A stretch of DNA of 64,000 bases from Lachnospiraceae bacterium (GCA_022792885.1 JAAWBX010000011.1:1-64000), one strand, 5' to 3'. Numbered from the stretch's first letter, positions 53,952 to 64,000 are shown. The notes: generated from the sequence alone by a model not told the origin. Numbers and translations: made by a program.

Positions 53952-55127
53952 TCATCCTTCCAGCGCCTTCTTCATCCGCATCAAACACTCGGTCAGCGTC
54001 GCCCGCGTGCAGGCCAGATTCAGACGTTCGAATCCCACGCCTTCTTCCCCGAAAATATATCCTTCGTCCAACGCCACTTTCGCTCGGCCGCACATCAGGT
54101 TCTCCAGATCTTCCGCGTCCGGGCAGTAAGCGTTCAAATCCACCCACAACAGGTAGGTGCCCTCCGCTTCCACCACTTTCGCCTTCGGCATCTCCCGCCC
54201 AATAAAGTCCCTGGCAAACCGGAAATTGCCGTCAATATATGCTTTCACCTGCTCCAGCCATTCCTCCCCTTCGTTATAGGCCGCCATCATGGCCGTCAGC
54301 CCGAGGGTCGTGGGCAATTCGATCGAAAACTTATCCGAGGTCTCATGCCGCCAGGCCGCCCGGTATTCCGGATTCGGAATGATCACATTGGACATCTGCA
54401 TTCCCGCCAGATTAAATGTCTTGCTGGGCGCCGAACATTGAACGATTCGGTCTTTATAATCCGGCCTCAGCTTCAGAAGCGGAATATGCGCCACCCCCGC
54501 CCGGGTCAGATCACAGTGAATCTCATCGGAGATAATCCACTTGCCGTACTTTTTGCAGAGATCGACGACCCGGTTCAGCTCCTCTTCCTTCCACACCCGT
54601 CCGACCGGATTGTGAGGACTGCAAAGAATCAATCCTTTGTTCGCCGGATCGGCCAGCTTCGCCTCCAGATCCTCATAATCCATACGGTAAGTCCCGCCTT
54701 CATAGATCAGGGCGTTGTTCACGACTTTCCGGCCGTTCCCCAGGATCTTATTCGTGAAAGGATAGTATACCGGCCGCTGAATAACGATGCCGTCGTCCTC
54801 CTCAGAAAGCATATTCAGCAGAAAGCCGATCGCCGGCACGATACCCGGGCTGTAGAAAAGCTCCTCCGGAGCGATCTCATAATCGTACCTTCTCTTAAAC
54901 CACCCGATCACCGCCTGCTTGCAGGCCTCGCTGTCATAAATCGTATAACCGAAGATCAGGCGGTCCACCCGCTCATGCAGAGCCCGGATCACCGGCTCCG
55001 CGCAGGGAAAATCCATATCGGCCACCCAGAGGGACAATGCGTCCTTCGGCGCGTTTTTCGGCAGACAATCCAGTTTCATACTGAAAGTCCCCAGACGGTC
55101 CACCGCTTTATCGAAATCGTACTTCAT
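53952..55127 (-). CDS. MalY/PatB-family PLP-dependent C-S lyase (cystathionine beta-lyase-like aminotransferase)
   Basis: MKYDFDKAVDRLGTFSMK... aminotransferase class I/II. Confidence 0.8.
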   Translation of the reverse strand: MKYDFDKAVDRLGTFSMKLDCLPKNAPKDALSLWVADMDFPCAEPVIRALHERVDRLIFGYTIYDSEACKQAVIGWFKRRYDYEIAPEELFYSPGIVPAIGFLLNMLSEEDDGIVIQRPVYYPFTNKILGNGRKVVNNALIYEGGTYRMDYEDLEAKLADPANKGLILCSPHNPVGRVWKEEELNRVVDLCKKYGKWIISDEIHCDLTRAGVAHIPLLKLRPDYKDRIVQCSAPSKTFNLAGMQMSNVIIPNPEYRAAWRHETSDKFSIELPTTLGLTAMMAAYNEGEEWLEQVKAYIDGNFRFARDFIGREMPKAKVVEAEGTYLLWVDLNAYCPDAEDLENLMCGRAKVALDEGYIFGEEGVGFERLNLACTRATLTECLMRMKKALEG

Positions 55128-55181
55128 ATATTCTGTTCCTCTCTTCCGCAGCGCGCAGATTCCCTTGGGAATCCCGCGGCA

Positions 55182-56345
55182 TCAGAACGTATCCCCGATC
55201 CGGTAGATACCGAATTCTTTATGTCCCAGGCTCTCTGCCTTGGTCAGATCCCCGTTCGCAACCCGAACCAGCATGTCGAAAATCTCTTTCCCCATCTCAT
55301 CCAGCGTCACGCCCTCGGTGATCACCTTGCCGGCGTTGATATCGATGTTGTCAATCATATTCTCGTAAGTCTGGCTGTTACCCGTAACTTTGACGACCGG
55401 CGCGATCGGACATCCGGTAGGCGTTCCCCGTCCCGTCGTAAATACGACGATCTGCGCGCCGCCGGCTACCATACCGGTGATCGAATCGATGTCCTCACCC
55501 GGGGAATCCATAAAATACAGACCCTTTTTCGCCGGATCAACCGGTTCGGAATACTCCAAAACGCCGACCACCGGTTTGTCGCCGGCCTTGTAAATGCACC
55601 CCAGGGACTTCTCCTCAATCGTAGTCAGCCCGCCTTCAATGTTACCCGGCGTCGGCTGCGTCCCCCGCAAATCCACACCGTAACCGATCGACTTATCCTC
55701 CACCCGCTTCACCATAAACGTCAGTTTATCGCTCAGTTCCTTCGTCACGCAGCGGGCCGCCACCAGATGCTCGGCGCCGATCAGTTCGGTCGTCTCGCTT
55801 AAAATGCTGCTGCCTCCGGCATCAATCAGCAGATTCGAAGCCTTTCCTACCGAAGGATTGGAAGCGATGCCGCTGGTCGGATCGCTACCGCCGCACTCCA
55901 GACCCAACACCAGCTCGCTGACGTCAAACTCCGTCTTCTCCTGCTTCGCCAGTTCCCTGGACAGTCTGGCGCAGATCTCGGCTCCTTTCGCGATCGTCTT
56001 CAACGTGCCCCCGCACTCCTGGATGATCACCGTCTCCACCGGCTTCTTCGTCTCCTTGATCGCATCCGCCACGACCTTCGGCTGGATTCCCTCACAGCCA
56101 AGCCCCACGACCAGAACCGCCCCCACGTTGGGATTGCAGCCGAAGCCGACCAAAGTCCGCACGGTCTGTTTGTAATCCTCGCCCACCTGACAGCAGCCAT
56201 GCTGATGAGGCGTCGCCACCGCGCCGGGCACCAGATCCGCGATCCGCACCGCCGTCTCGCTGGCGCAGACCGATGTCGGAATCACCAGAAGGTGATTCCG
56301 GATGCCATATGTACCGTTTTCTCTTCTATATCCGTTTATCTTCAT
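55182..56345 (-). CDS. UxaA-family hydro-lyase, large subunit (altronate/galactarate dehydratase-like)
   Basis: UxaA C-terminal domain sequence. Confidence 0.7.
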   Translation of the reverse strand: MKINGYRRENGTYGIRNHLLVIPTSVCASETAVRIADLVPGAVATPHQHGCCQVGEDYKQTVRTLVGFGCNPNVGAVLVVGLGCEGIQPKVVADAIKETKKPVETVIIQECGGTLKTIAKGAEICARLSRELAKQEKTEFDVSELVLGLECGGSDPTSGIASNPSVGKASNLLIDAGGSSILSETTELIGAEHLVAARCVTKELSDKLTFMVKRVEDKSIGYGVDLRGTQPTPGNIEGGLTTIEEKSLGCIYKAGDKPVVGVLEYSEPVDPAKKGLYFMDSPGEDIDSITGMVAGGAQIVVFTTGRGTPTGCPIAPVVKVTGNSQTYENMIDNIDINAGKVITEGVTLDEMGKEIFDMLVRVANGDLTKAESLGHKEFGIYRIGDTF

Positions 56346-56360
56346 CGTTCTCCCCCGTCT

Positions 56361-56678
56361 CTATCTGTGTGCTTTATCTCCGCGTCCTCTGGTGCTGTCA
56401 ATATTGTGAATGTGAGCCCATTCTCCCGCCCGGATATCCTGGCTCGCCACCCCCATAACTTCTCCGTATTTGTAAACCGGCATCCCGGCCCGGATGTCCG
56501 CCACAGCCATCTTATGATAAATCGGAATATCATTCAGCGCCGTAAATTCCTGTCCGTCCACCACAAGCTTCTCACCTGCCTTCATCGGCTGAACCAGCGT
56601 TATCAGATTGTCAGAAGCTGCTGCATGCACATAACCAACCATGTAAAAACCCTCCTGTAAAGTTGACAAAAAAACCAT
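56361..56678 (-). CDS. UxaA-family hydro-lyase, small SAF-domain subunit
   Basis: SAF domain, adjacent to large subunit. Confidence 0.65.
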   Translation of the reverse strand: MVFLSTLQEGFYMVGYVHAAASDNLITLVQPMKAGEKLVVDGQEFTALNDIPIYHKMAVADIRAGMPVYKYGEVMGVASQDIRAGEWAHIHNIDSTRGRGDKAHR

Positions 56679-56761
56679 TTGTTCTTTCCTTCAGTTTAGC
56701 ACATTTGTACGAAAATAGAAAGGGCAAAAATACGACAATTCGCTCTCGCATGCGATAAGCG

Positions 56762-58057
56762 CTACTTACAGGACGCGAGCTCCCTCACACAGCGGCAGAG
56801 CACTTCCGCTCCGTTTCGCAGATCCTCGTAATCCGTCCATTCCTCCGGCACATGACTTCGCCCGTCTTTGCTCGGCACAAACACCATCGCCACATCGCAC
56901 AAGGACCCCATGATCATCGCGTCATGACCGGCTCCCGACAGAATCCTCCTCGTAGATATCCCGGCTTCCTCCGCCTTCTTCTCCAGCAATTCCTGCACGG
57001 AAGGCTTCATCAGCACCGGATACGCGCGCAATTTCTCCTCGATGTGATAAGAAAGCCCGGGATTCTCTTCCGCGCTTTTTTTCAAAGAAGCTTCTATCTC
57101 CTCCAGCACCGCGTCCACACTCTCCATGCTTCTGCTGCGGCAGTCAATATAAAAATCCGTCTCGTTCGCGACAATATTAAAAGCCCCCGGCTTGATCTCC
57201 AGACGCCCAAACGTGACGACGGTCCCGTCTTTTTGGTCCAAGGCCCTCTGCGTTCCGGCCACCATCGCTTTTGCCGAAGCCAGCATGGCGTCCGCCCGCA
57301 TATTCATGGGCGTGCTGCCCGCATGGTCCGAACGCCCCCGAACCGTCACGATCATACACTTCAGGCCCACGATCGCTTCCACGACGCCCACCTGAATCTT
57401 CTCGTTCTCCAAAACCGGTCCCTGTTCAATATGAAGTTCCAGGAACGTACCGACCTCTCCCGGCTTTCTTTCGGCCTCCCCCGCCCGGGACGGATCCAGG
57501 CCGTAAGCCTTCATGGCCTTCGCCATGGAAACACCGTCCGCATCTTTATAAGTCTCCAGTTCATTCTCATAAAGCTTCCCGCACATGGCCCGGCTGGCAA
57601 ACAAACCGCCGCCGAAACGGGCGCCTTCCTCCTCCGGCATCGCCACAAACTCGACGGGGCACTCCGGCACAAACCCCTCCTCATGCAGAACCCGCGCCGT
57701 CTCCAGCGCCGCGCAGACGCCCGCGATCCCGTCGAATCGGCCGCCGGTCTTCACCGTATCCAGGTGGCTTCCGGTCATGAGAACGGGCGCGTCGGGATTC
57801 TTCCCCTCCAGACGCCCCACGATCGTACCGACCGCATCCTCCCGGACCGTCAGCCCCGCCGCCTTCATCTCGGACACCACATAGTCCCTCGCCTGCGCGT
57901 ATTCTTTTGTATAAGTATACCGCGTACACCCGATGCCTTCCACCGAACTGTACCGCGCCAGCGTCTCAATATCCCTCTGAATCCGTTCTACTTTTGTCTG
58001 AAACATCCTGTATCCTCCTTTTTGTGCCATTCTATAATAAGATACCTCTTTACGCAA
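56762..58057 (-). CDS. M20-family Zn-dependent hydrolase (allantoate amidohydrolase / N-carbamoyl-L-amino-acid hydrolase-like)
   Basis: M20 motifs (GSHLDTV, VAMPEEEG); start may be at internal Met MFQTKV. Confidence 0.75.
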   Translation of the reverse strand: MRKEVSYYRMAQKGGYRMFQTKVERIQRDIETLARYSSVEGIGCTRYTYTKEYAQARDYVVSEMKAAGLTVREDAVGTIVGRLEGKNPDAPVLMTGSHLDTVKTGGRFDGIAGVCAALETARVLHEEGFVPECPVEFVAMPEEEGARFGGGLFASRAMCGKLYENELETYKDADGVSMAKAMKAYGLDPSRAGEAERKPGEVGTFLELHIEQGPVLENEKIQVGVVEAIVGLKCMIVTVRGRSDHAGSTPMNMRADAMLASAKAMVAGTQRALDQKDGTVVTFGRLEIKPGAFNIVANETDFYIDCRSRSMESVDAVLEEIEASLKKSAEENPGLSYHIEEKLRAYPVLMKPSVQELLEKKAEEAGISTRRILSGAGHDAMIMGSLCDVAMVFVPSKDGRSHVPEEWTDYEDLRNGAEVLCRCVRELASCK

Positions 58058-58151
58058 GGGAAATTGCCGGCAATTCCGCCAGAAATTTCAAAGAAGCTTT
58101 CCCCGCCTCCTCCTCACGTCTCTTCCTTCTCATTCATAGGGTATAATAAAA

Positions 58152-58421
58152 ATGCTATATCCGGGTGATTTTATGGAAACTACCCGTACGTTAAATTCCC
58201 TGGCCCTGAACGAAGAGGCCGTTATTATAAAGACTCCCGAAAACTCCGATTTAAGCCGCCGTCTGCTGGATCTGGGCTTTATCACAGGCACAAAGGTCCG
58301 CTGCGTCCTGACCGGACCGGGCGCCGAATCGGCCGCCTACCGAATCCGCGGCACTACCATCGCTCTAAGAAAGGAGGATGCATCTCAAATTGTCATCCAC
58401 GATCATCGCCCTCGCGGGTAA
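58152..58421 (+). CDS. feoA: ferrous iron transport protein A
   Basis: FeoA SH3-like domain, [12 protein letters not shown]...[18 protein letters not shown]. Confidence 0.7.
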   Translation: MLYPGDFMETTRTLNSLALNEEAVIIKTPENSDLSRRLLDLGFITGTKVRCVLTGPGAESAAYRIRGTTIALRKEDASQIVIHDHRPRG

Positions 58422-58481
58422 TCCAAACGTAGGAAAAAGCACCGTCTTTAATTATCTCACCGGTATGCGGCAGCATACCGG
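58378..58481 (+). pseudogene. feoB: feoB 5' segment (G-domain P-loop), interrupted after ~35 codons by intervening element
   Basis: [26 protein letters not shown] then frame reads into insertion. Confidence 0.75.
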
Positions 58482-58713
58482 CCGCTTCCTTTACAGGCAA
58501 ATCTTTTTCCTCTTCCCTCCCCTCTTCCACCGAAACTACCTCGATCCGTATCCCTTCCCGATCCCCCAGTATTTCCGCGATCGCCTCAAAAACCTTCCGG
58601 ACATTCAACGTTTCCGCCATCGAATCCGCCCCTCCTTTCCGTTCCATGATATGCCCGCCGGATTGTCCGTTTTTCCCGCACGCACGAATCTCCGAAAAGT
58701 TTATTGACATTCG

Positions 58714-58742
58714 TATACATTTGTAATATATTTGTATCAGAA
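58714..58742 (+). promoter_or_regulatory. candidate promoter TTGACA-17-TATATT inside the element
   Basis: consensus-like hexamers upstream of element membrane-protein gene. Confidence 0.4.
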
Positions 58743-58776
58743 AAAAATCTCATCAATACCCAAGGAGGAAATTTTT

Positions 58777-59124
58777 ATGAACCCTGAAAAGAAAATGAAC
58801 AAATGCCTTTTAATCGCTCTTTTGCTAGGCGTCGCTTACATAATCTACAGCTTTGTATACTGGTCCGGCGCCGTCGGCTCCGGTACGGACGCCGAGCAGC
58901 TCGGCGCCGGAATCGCGGCCGCGCTGGTAATGCCTCATCTGATCGTAACCGCGCTGGCCGTCATCTTCAACGCGCTCGGCCTGTTCCTGCGCAAACGGGG
59001 GTTTGCTTTAACCGGCGCCATTCTGTATACCGTAGCCATCGTGCTGTTCCCCGCGTACTTTATGTTCGTCATTCTTCAGATGATCTTATCCTATATCGGT
59101 TTTGCCGGTCTTAAAAAGAAATAA
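58777..59124 (+). CDS. small membrane protein carried by the intervening element
   Basis: AAGGAGG RBS; 3 hydrophobic helices. Confidence 0.5.
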   Translation: MNPEKKMNKCLLIALLLGVAYIIYSFVYWSGAVGSGTDAEQLGAGIAAALVMPHLIVTALAVIFNALGLFLRKRGFALTGAILYTVAIVLFPAYFMFVILQMILSYIGFAGLKKK

Positions 59125-59258
59125 ACACGAATGCCGTCACCTGACAAAGGCGTATACGCCATGATCGGGCGGCGGCATTTTTGCAAGAAAACCCGTATCA
59201 TTCATGAAGCCGGCGGAGAAGAAATAGGAATAAATAAAGAACGTTTCGGGAGCCGCTC

Positions 59259-60644
59259 ATGGATTCTTCCCGCATCTCCTCTCCGCTTCGCACCGCCGTC
59301 TACATCCGGGTCTCCAGCGAAGAACAGGCCAAACACGGCGATTCGCTCCGCGACCAGACGGAAAGCTGCCTGCATTATATCGACACCCATGAAAACCTGA
59401 TTCTCCAGGATACCTATATGGACGAAGGAATCTCCGGCCAGAAACCGGACCGAGACGCGTTCACGCGCCTGATGGAGGCCGTCGAGAACGACCAAATCGA
59501 TTTTATCCTCTTCACAAAACTTGACCGTTGGTTCCGCTCCCTCCGGCATTATCTCAACACACAGGACGTTTTGGACCGCCACCGGGTAGCCTGGCTGGCC
59601 GTCGATCAGCCCTATTTCGACACCTCCACCCCCTTCGGCCGGGCCTTCGTCAACCAGTCCATGACCTGGGCCGAACTGGAAGCGCAAAACGGAGCGACCC
59701 GAATCAAAGACGTCTTTGCCAACAAAGTGGCCAACGGCGAAGTCATCACCGGAAAAACCCCTCTCGGATTCCGGATCGAAAACAAACACCTGATTCCCGA
59801 TGAAAACGCCCGAATCGCCCGAACCGCCTTTCAACATTACCTCAAGTACAATTCCCTGCACAAAACGCTGCGGATGCTGAGCGACGATTTCGGCATTTTC
59901 ATGAGCATCCAGAACCTGAGAGAATCCGTCCTGAAAAACACAAAATACATCGGCGTTTACCGGGACAATAAAAATTACTGTCCCAGGCTCGTGGACGACG
60001 AAACTTTCTATCAGGTTCAGGCGCTGTTAAAACAGAATATCCCCGCCTCCCAGAAATACACCTATCTTTTCTCCGGCCTTCTATACTGCGAATCCTGCGG
60101 AAGGAAAATGACAAGCGGCCATATTCACGTCAAATCCACCCGAAAGGGAATCGTGCGCCGCTACCGCTACCCTTCCTACTCCTGTCCCGGTCATGCGCGG
60201 CGCGCAGGCTGCCCGAACGGAGGGGAGATCCGCGAAAGCCGGATCGAGGAATACCTGCTGAACCACCTCGGGCAGCGTCTTCTCGGCTGTACGGCTACCT
60301 ACAAAAAAAACGACATCCCCCGGGCCGATTCCCGGATCAAACGCCGCAACCTCCAAAATAAAATCAGCCGCCTGAAAGATCTGTATCTGGCGGAAGCCAT
60401 CACACTGGACGAACTGAAACGATACCGCACCGAATACCTCGAACAACTGGCCGCCGTTCCTTCCGATACGGAACCGATCCGGGATCTTTCCCGCTTAGAA
60501 CACCTTCTGTCCATGGATTTTGAAACCGTCTACGCCTCCTTTGATAATGAAGAAAAACGCCGCTTCTGGCGTTCCGTGATCCGTGAAATCCATATCTCAA
60601 AAAGCCGGGATAAAAAACGCGATTACCGGATCCTTTTCAAATAA
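59259..60644 (+). CDS. large serine recombinase (resolvase/invertase catalytic domain + recombinase domain + zinc ribbon)
   Basis: catalytic AVYIRVSSEEQ; C-terminal CESCGRKM...CPGHARRAGCPNG zinc ribbon and coiled-coil. Confidence 0.9.
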   Translation: MDSSRISSPLRTAVYIRVSSEEQAKHGDSLRDQTESCLHYIDTHENLILQDTYMDEGISGQKPDRDAFTRLMEAVENDQIDFILFTKLDRWFRSLRHYLNTQDVLDRHRVAWLAVDQPYFDTSTPFGRAFVNQSMTWAELEAQNGATRIKDVFANKVANGEVITGKTPLGFRIENKHLIPDENARIARTAFQHYLKYNSLHKTLRMLSDDFGIFMSIQNLRESVLKNTKYIGVYRDNKNYCPRLVDDETFYQVQALLKQNIPASQKYTYLFSGLLYCESCGRKMTSGHIHVKSTRKGIVRRYRYPSYSCPGHARRAGCPNGGEIRESRIEEYLLNHLGQRLLGCTATYKKNDIPRADSRIKRRNLQNKISRLKDLYLAEAITLDELKRYRTEYLEQLAAVPSDTEPIRDLSRLEHLLSMDFETVYASFDNEEKRRFWRSVIREIHISKSRDKKRDYRILFK

Positions 60645-60668
60645 TTTTTCCTGTAAAAGAAGCTGCCG

Positions 60669-62444
60669 ACCGGAAACTGGCCCGGAAAAACGGTGGATCT
60701 GGCAGACGGCACGTACGAATACCGCGGTCAAAACTACACGCTGGTCGATCTGCCGGGCACTTACTCTTTGCTGGCCCACTCCACCGAAGAAGAGGTCGCC
60801 AGAGACTTTATCTGCGGCGGGTCGGCAGACCTGACCCTGGTTGTCTGCGACGCAACCTGCCTGGAACGGAACTTAAATCTGGTCCTCCAGATCCGGGCTC
60901 TGACCCCCTGGGTTATCCTCTGCGTCAATCTCTGCGACGAAGCCGCCAAAAAAGGAATCTCCGTGGATTTTACGGAGCTTTCAAGGCAACTGAACATTCC
61001 GGTTGTGGGAGCAAGCGCCGCCGCCGGGGAAGGAATGGCCGCCCTCATGGCCACCGTCGAGGCCATGAGCCTTCGAAAAAAAGAGACGGCGGAAGAAGAA
61101 ACCTGCGGCTGCCAGAGCCTGAATGAAGTCTCGGTCTCCCAGTTGATCCTGAAAGCGGAAGAAATCGCCGCCTCCAGCGTATCTTTCCAAAATCCCGAAT
61201 ACGACCGGCGCGACCGGAAACTTGACCGAATCGTCACCAGTCGTATTTTCGGTATTCCGATCATGCTCTCTCTTTTGATGCTGATCTTCTGGATCACCCT
61301 GACGGGCGCCAATTACCCCTCCGCCCTCCTAAGCCGGCTTTTTGACCTCGGGCATACAAAACTTCTGGCTCTCGCGACAGCCGCCCGGGCCCCCGTCTGG
61401 CTGTCCGGACTTCTGGTAGACGGGATCTATCAGGTCCTGACCTGGGTCGTCGCCGTTATGCTGCCCCCCATGGCGATCTTCTTTCCGCTGTTTACCCTGT
61501 TGGAAGATTTCGGCTATCTTCCCCGGATCGCCTTCAACCTTGATCATTGCTTCAAAAAATGCGCCGCCTGCGGAAAACAGGCGCTGACGATGTGCATGGG
61601 CTTCGGCTGCAACGCCGTGGGCGTCACCGGCTGCCGGATCATCGATTCGGAACGGGAGCGTCTGATCGCGATGCTGACCAACGCTTTTGTCCCCTGCAAC
61701 GGGCGTTTTCCTTCGCTGCTCACGGTGATCTCCCTGTTCTTCCTTTCCGGCGCTTCCGGTCTGACGGGCAGCCTTCTGTCGGCTCTTTTACTGACCCTGG
61801 TAATCGCTCTGGGCGTGCTCCTGACTTTCGCCGCCTCCAAACTCCTCTCGAAAACGCTGCTGAAAGGTTCGCCCTCGGCCTTCACGCTGGAACTTCCGCC
61901 TTACCGAAAGCCTCAGATCGGAAAAGTGATCGTCCGTTCTCTTTTAGACCGCACCCTGTTTGTCCTGGGGCGGGCCGTTTTGGTCGCCGCCCCGGCCGGA
62001 CTGATCATCTGGCTGCTTGCCAACCTCATGTTGCCGGACGGCACCTCCCTTTTGCTGTTTCTCGCCGGCTGCCTGGATCCCCTGGGACGTCTGATGGGTC
62101 TGGACGGCGTGATCTTAATGGCTTTCCTTCTCGGTTTTCCGGCCAATGAGATCGTCCTTCCGATCGCCCTGATGGCCTATCTGCAGACCGGGACGCTTGT
62201 CGACGCCGGCAGCCTGACCGGGCTCGGCTCCCTCCTGGCCGCCAACGGATGGACCTGGACCACGGCGGTTTCCTTTTTATTGTTCTGTCTGCTGCACTGG
62301 CCCTGCTCCACCACCTGTTTGACAATCCGCAAGGAAACCGGTTCCTGGCGTTACACCGGTCTCGCCGTTTTGCTGCCCACCGCCTGCGGCGCGGCTCTCT
62401 GCATCGGCGTCACCTGCCTGTTCCGGGCCCTGGGCCTGGCCTGA
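60669..62444 (+). CDS. feoB: feoB 3' segment (remainder of G-domain + membrane permease domain)
   Basis: NWPGKTVDLADGTYEYRGQNYTLVDLPGTYSL..., polytopic C-terminal domain. Confidence 0.85.
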   Translation, partial: TGNWPGKTVDLADGTYEYRGQNYTLVDLPGTYSLLAHSTEEEVARDFICGGSADLTLVVCDATCLERNLNLVLQIRALTPWVILCVNLCDEAAKKGISVDFTELSRQLNIPVVGASAAAGEGMAALMATVEAMSLRKKETAEEETCGCQSLNEVSVSQLILKAEEIAASSVSFQNPEYDRRDRKLDRIVTSRIFGIPIMLSLLMLIFWITLTGANYPSALLSRLFDLGHTKLLALATAARAPVWLSGLLVDGIYQVLTWVVAVMLPPMAIFFPLFTLLEDFGYLPRIAFNLDHCFKKCAACGKQALTMCMGFGCNAVGVTGCRIIDSERERLIAMLTNAFVPCNGRFPSLLTVISLFFLSGASGLTGSLLSALLLTLVIALGVLLTFAASKLLSKTLLKGSPSAFTLELPPYRKPQIGKVIVRSLLDRTLFVLGRAVLVAAPAGLIIWLLANLMLPDGTSLLLFLAGCLDPLGRLMGLDGVILMAFLLGFPANEIVLPIALMAYLQTGTLVDAGSLTGLGSLLAANGWTWTTAVSFLLFCLLHWPCSTTCLTIRKETGSWRYTGLAVLLPTACGAALCIGVTCLFRALGLA

Positions 62445-62545
62445 CATCCGAGCAAACCGTTGACACTTCCCTCTTCAATGTTATAATAAAGAGAAAACGG
62501 GCCGCCGATTTCCCGCCGCGCCCCGCAGCATAAAGGAGAGATACC

Positions 62546-64000
62546 ATGAATTATAACAGCGATCAGGTAACAAAAGGTCCCCACCGCGCACCGAACCGCA
62601 GCCTGTTCTACGCGCTGGGATATACGAAAGAAGAGCTGGACCGGCCGCTGATCGGCGTCGTCAGCGCCTACAGCGAGATCGTACCCGGACATCAGCATCT
62701 GGATAAGCTGGCCCGCAGCGTTTGCGACGGCGTGCGCATGGCGGGCGGAACCCCGATCCTCGTCCCCGCCATCGGCGTCTGCGACGGGATCGCCATGGGG
62801 CATCCCGGCATGAAATACAGCCTCCCCAGCCGGGAGCTGATCGCTGACAGCGTGGAAACCATGGCGATGGCCCATTGTTTCGACGGCATGGTCCTGGTCC
62901 CCAACTGCGATAAGATCGTACCCGGCATGGTGATGGCCGCCATCCGGGTCAATATCCCCAGCCTCGTATGCAGCGGTGGTCCTATGCTGGCGGGACGCGT
63001 CCACGGCAATTCGGCAACCCTAAGCAAAATGTTCGAAGCGGTCGGCAGCTACAAAGCCGGTTTAATCGGAGAAGACGAACTGCAGGAATTTGAAGAAAAT
63101 TGCTGCCCCGGCTGCGGAAGCTGCGCCGGCATGTATACGGCCAACAGCATGAACTGCCTCTGCGAAGCCATCGGTTTCTCCCTTCCGGGCAACGGCACGA
63201 TCCCGGCCGTTTACGCCGCGAGAACCCAGTTGGCCAAAAAATCCGGTATGCAGATCATGGCGCTTGTAAAACAGGATATCCGTCCGAAAGACATCTTCAC
63301 CCGAAAAGCCTTCGAAAACGCCCTCTCCACGGATATGGCCTTAGGGTGCAGCACCAACACCGTACTCCATCTTCTGGCCCTGGCCAACGAAGCCGGCGTC
63401 GATATCAGCCTGAACACAATCAATGAGATCAGCGAGCGCGTGCCGAATCTCTGCCATCTGGCCCCGGCCGGCCCCACTCACATGCAGGATCTGTATCTGG
63501 CCGGCGGCGTACGGGCCGTCATGGCTCAGTTGGCCGAAGCCGGATTTCTGCACGAGGATCTTGTCACGGCCACCGGGAAAACCGTCGGAGAAAACCTGGC
63601 CGGAGCCGTAAACAAAAACCCCGAAGCGATCCGTCCCATGGACAACCCCTACTCGAAAACCGGCGGCCTGGCCGTCCTTTTCGGCAACCTGGCGGAAAAC
63701 GGCTGCGTCGTAAAGCGCAGCGCCGTCGCGCCGGAAATGCTGACCCACACCGGCCCCGCCCGGGTTTTTGACAGTGAAGAGGCGGCGATCGAGGCGATTT
63801 ATAACGGGAAAATCGTGGATGGCGACGTGGTTGTGATTCGCTATGAAGGCCCGAAGGGCGGTCCCGGCATGCGGGAGATGCTGAATCCCACCTCCGCATT
63901 GGCCGGCATGAAACTGGACAAGACCGTCGCGCTTGTCACGGACGGCCGTTTCTCCGGCGCGTCCCGGGGCGCTTCCATCGGCCACGTATCGCCGGAAGCC
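62546..64000 (+). CDS. ilvD: dihydroxy-acid dehydratase (partial, continues beyond window)
   Basis: AAAGGAGAG RBS; [19 protein letters not shown]..., [16 protein letters not shown] Fe-S motif; not in ORF table because no stop in window. Confidence 0.92.
   Translation, partial: MNYNSDQVTKGPHRAPNRSLFYALGYTKEELDRPLIGVVSAYSEIVPGHQHLDKLARSVCDGVRMAGGTPILVPAIGVCDGIAMGHPGMKYSLPSRELIADSVETMAMAHCFDGMVLVPNCDKIVPGMVMAAIRVNIPSLVCSGGPMLAGRVHGNSATLSKMFEAVGSYKAGLIGEDELQEFEENCCPGCGSCAGMYTANSMNCLCEAIGFSLPGNGTIPAVYAARTQLAKKSGMQIMALVKQDIRPKDIFTRKAFENALSTDMALGCSTNTVLHLLALANEAGVDISLNTINEISERVPNLCHLAPAGPTHMQDLYLAGGVRAVMAQLAEAGFLHEDLVTATGKTVGENLAGAVNKNPEAIRPMDNPYSKTGGLAVLFGNLAENGCVVKRSAVAPEMLTHTGPARVFDSEEAAIEAIYNGKIVDGDVVVIRYEGPKGGPGMREMLNPTSALAGMKLDKTVALVTDGRFSGASRGASIGHVSPEA

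Larger units (their letters stand above)
58477..60673 (+). mobile_element. ~2.19-kb serine-recombinase-bearing intervening element inserted in feoB
   Basis: 5-bp direct core ACCGG at both junctions (58477-58481, 60669-60673); imperfect terminal inverted repeats CCGCTTCCTTTACAGG / CCTGTAAAAGAAGCTGCCG; precise excision restores ...HTGNWPGKTV... Confidence 0.7.

Noticed and set aside
53394-55802. 802-aa plus-strand ORF
   Set aside because: Runs antisense across rubrerythrin, the C-S lyase and UxaA genes. It is a high-GC antisense artefact.

Overview
The window is a high-GC chromosomal segment from a spore-forming Firmicute (Clostridia-like; spoIIR is present). Most genes run on the minus strand. 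Low-GC tracts at ~9950-12480, ~35400-38100, ~47100-48000 and ~58700-59100 look horizontally acquired.

Core content is the rpoB-rpoC / str region (rpoB, rpoC, rpsL, rpsG, fusA, tuf), with four unrelated genes lying between rpoC and rpsL. Housekeeping genes also present: ddl, ispE, spoIIR, glnN (GSIII), fba, rubrerythrin, ilvD (partial), a DinG-like helicase, a cyclophilin PPIase, RidA and two aminotransferases.

Findings, most notable first:

1. A five-gene minus-strand operon (192-8032) with no described counterpart. It encodes an ECF-type sigma factor fused to a membrane/extracytoplasmic domain, two tandem paralogous Zn-ribbon/TPR/TIR-like/4-TM proteins, an SPFH (Band 7) protein with a C-terminal double zinc ribbon, and a small membrane protein. 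This is a candidate membrane-associated, TIR-based defence or signalling system.

2. feoB is split in frame by a ~2.19-kb intervening element. The element carries its own large serine recombinase plus a small membrane protein, and is flanked by a 5-bp direct core (ACCGG) and imperfect terminal inverted repeats. It resembles a sporulation 'skin'-type excisable element.

3. An orphan LytTR response regulator sits next to two ~50-bp conserved promoter elements carrying LytTR-type direct repeats (TGCATTT, 21 bp apart). These precede operons for secreted proteins and an ABC transporter, suggesting a bacteriocin-like locus.

4. A low-GC HTH + gamma-class N6A DNA methyltransferase module lies next to the tuf terminator. 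Its methyltransferase is split at an A7 homopolymer.

5. A T-box-like leader precedes an aminotransferase gene.

6. A ~265-bp nested inverted-repeat element lies in a convergent intergenic region.

7. A sigma-70-like protein appears to lack the promoter-recognition regions.
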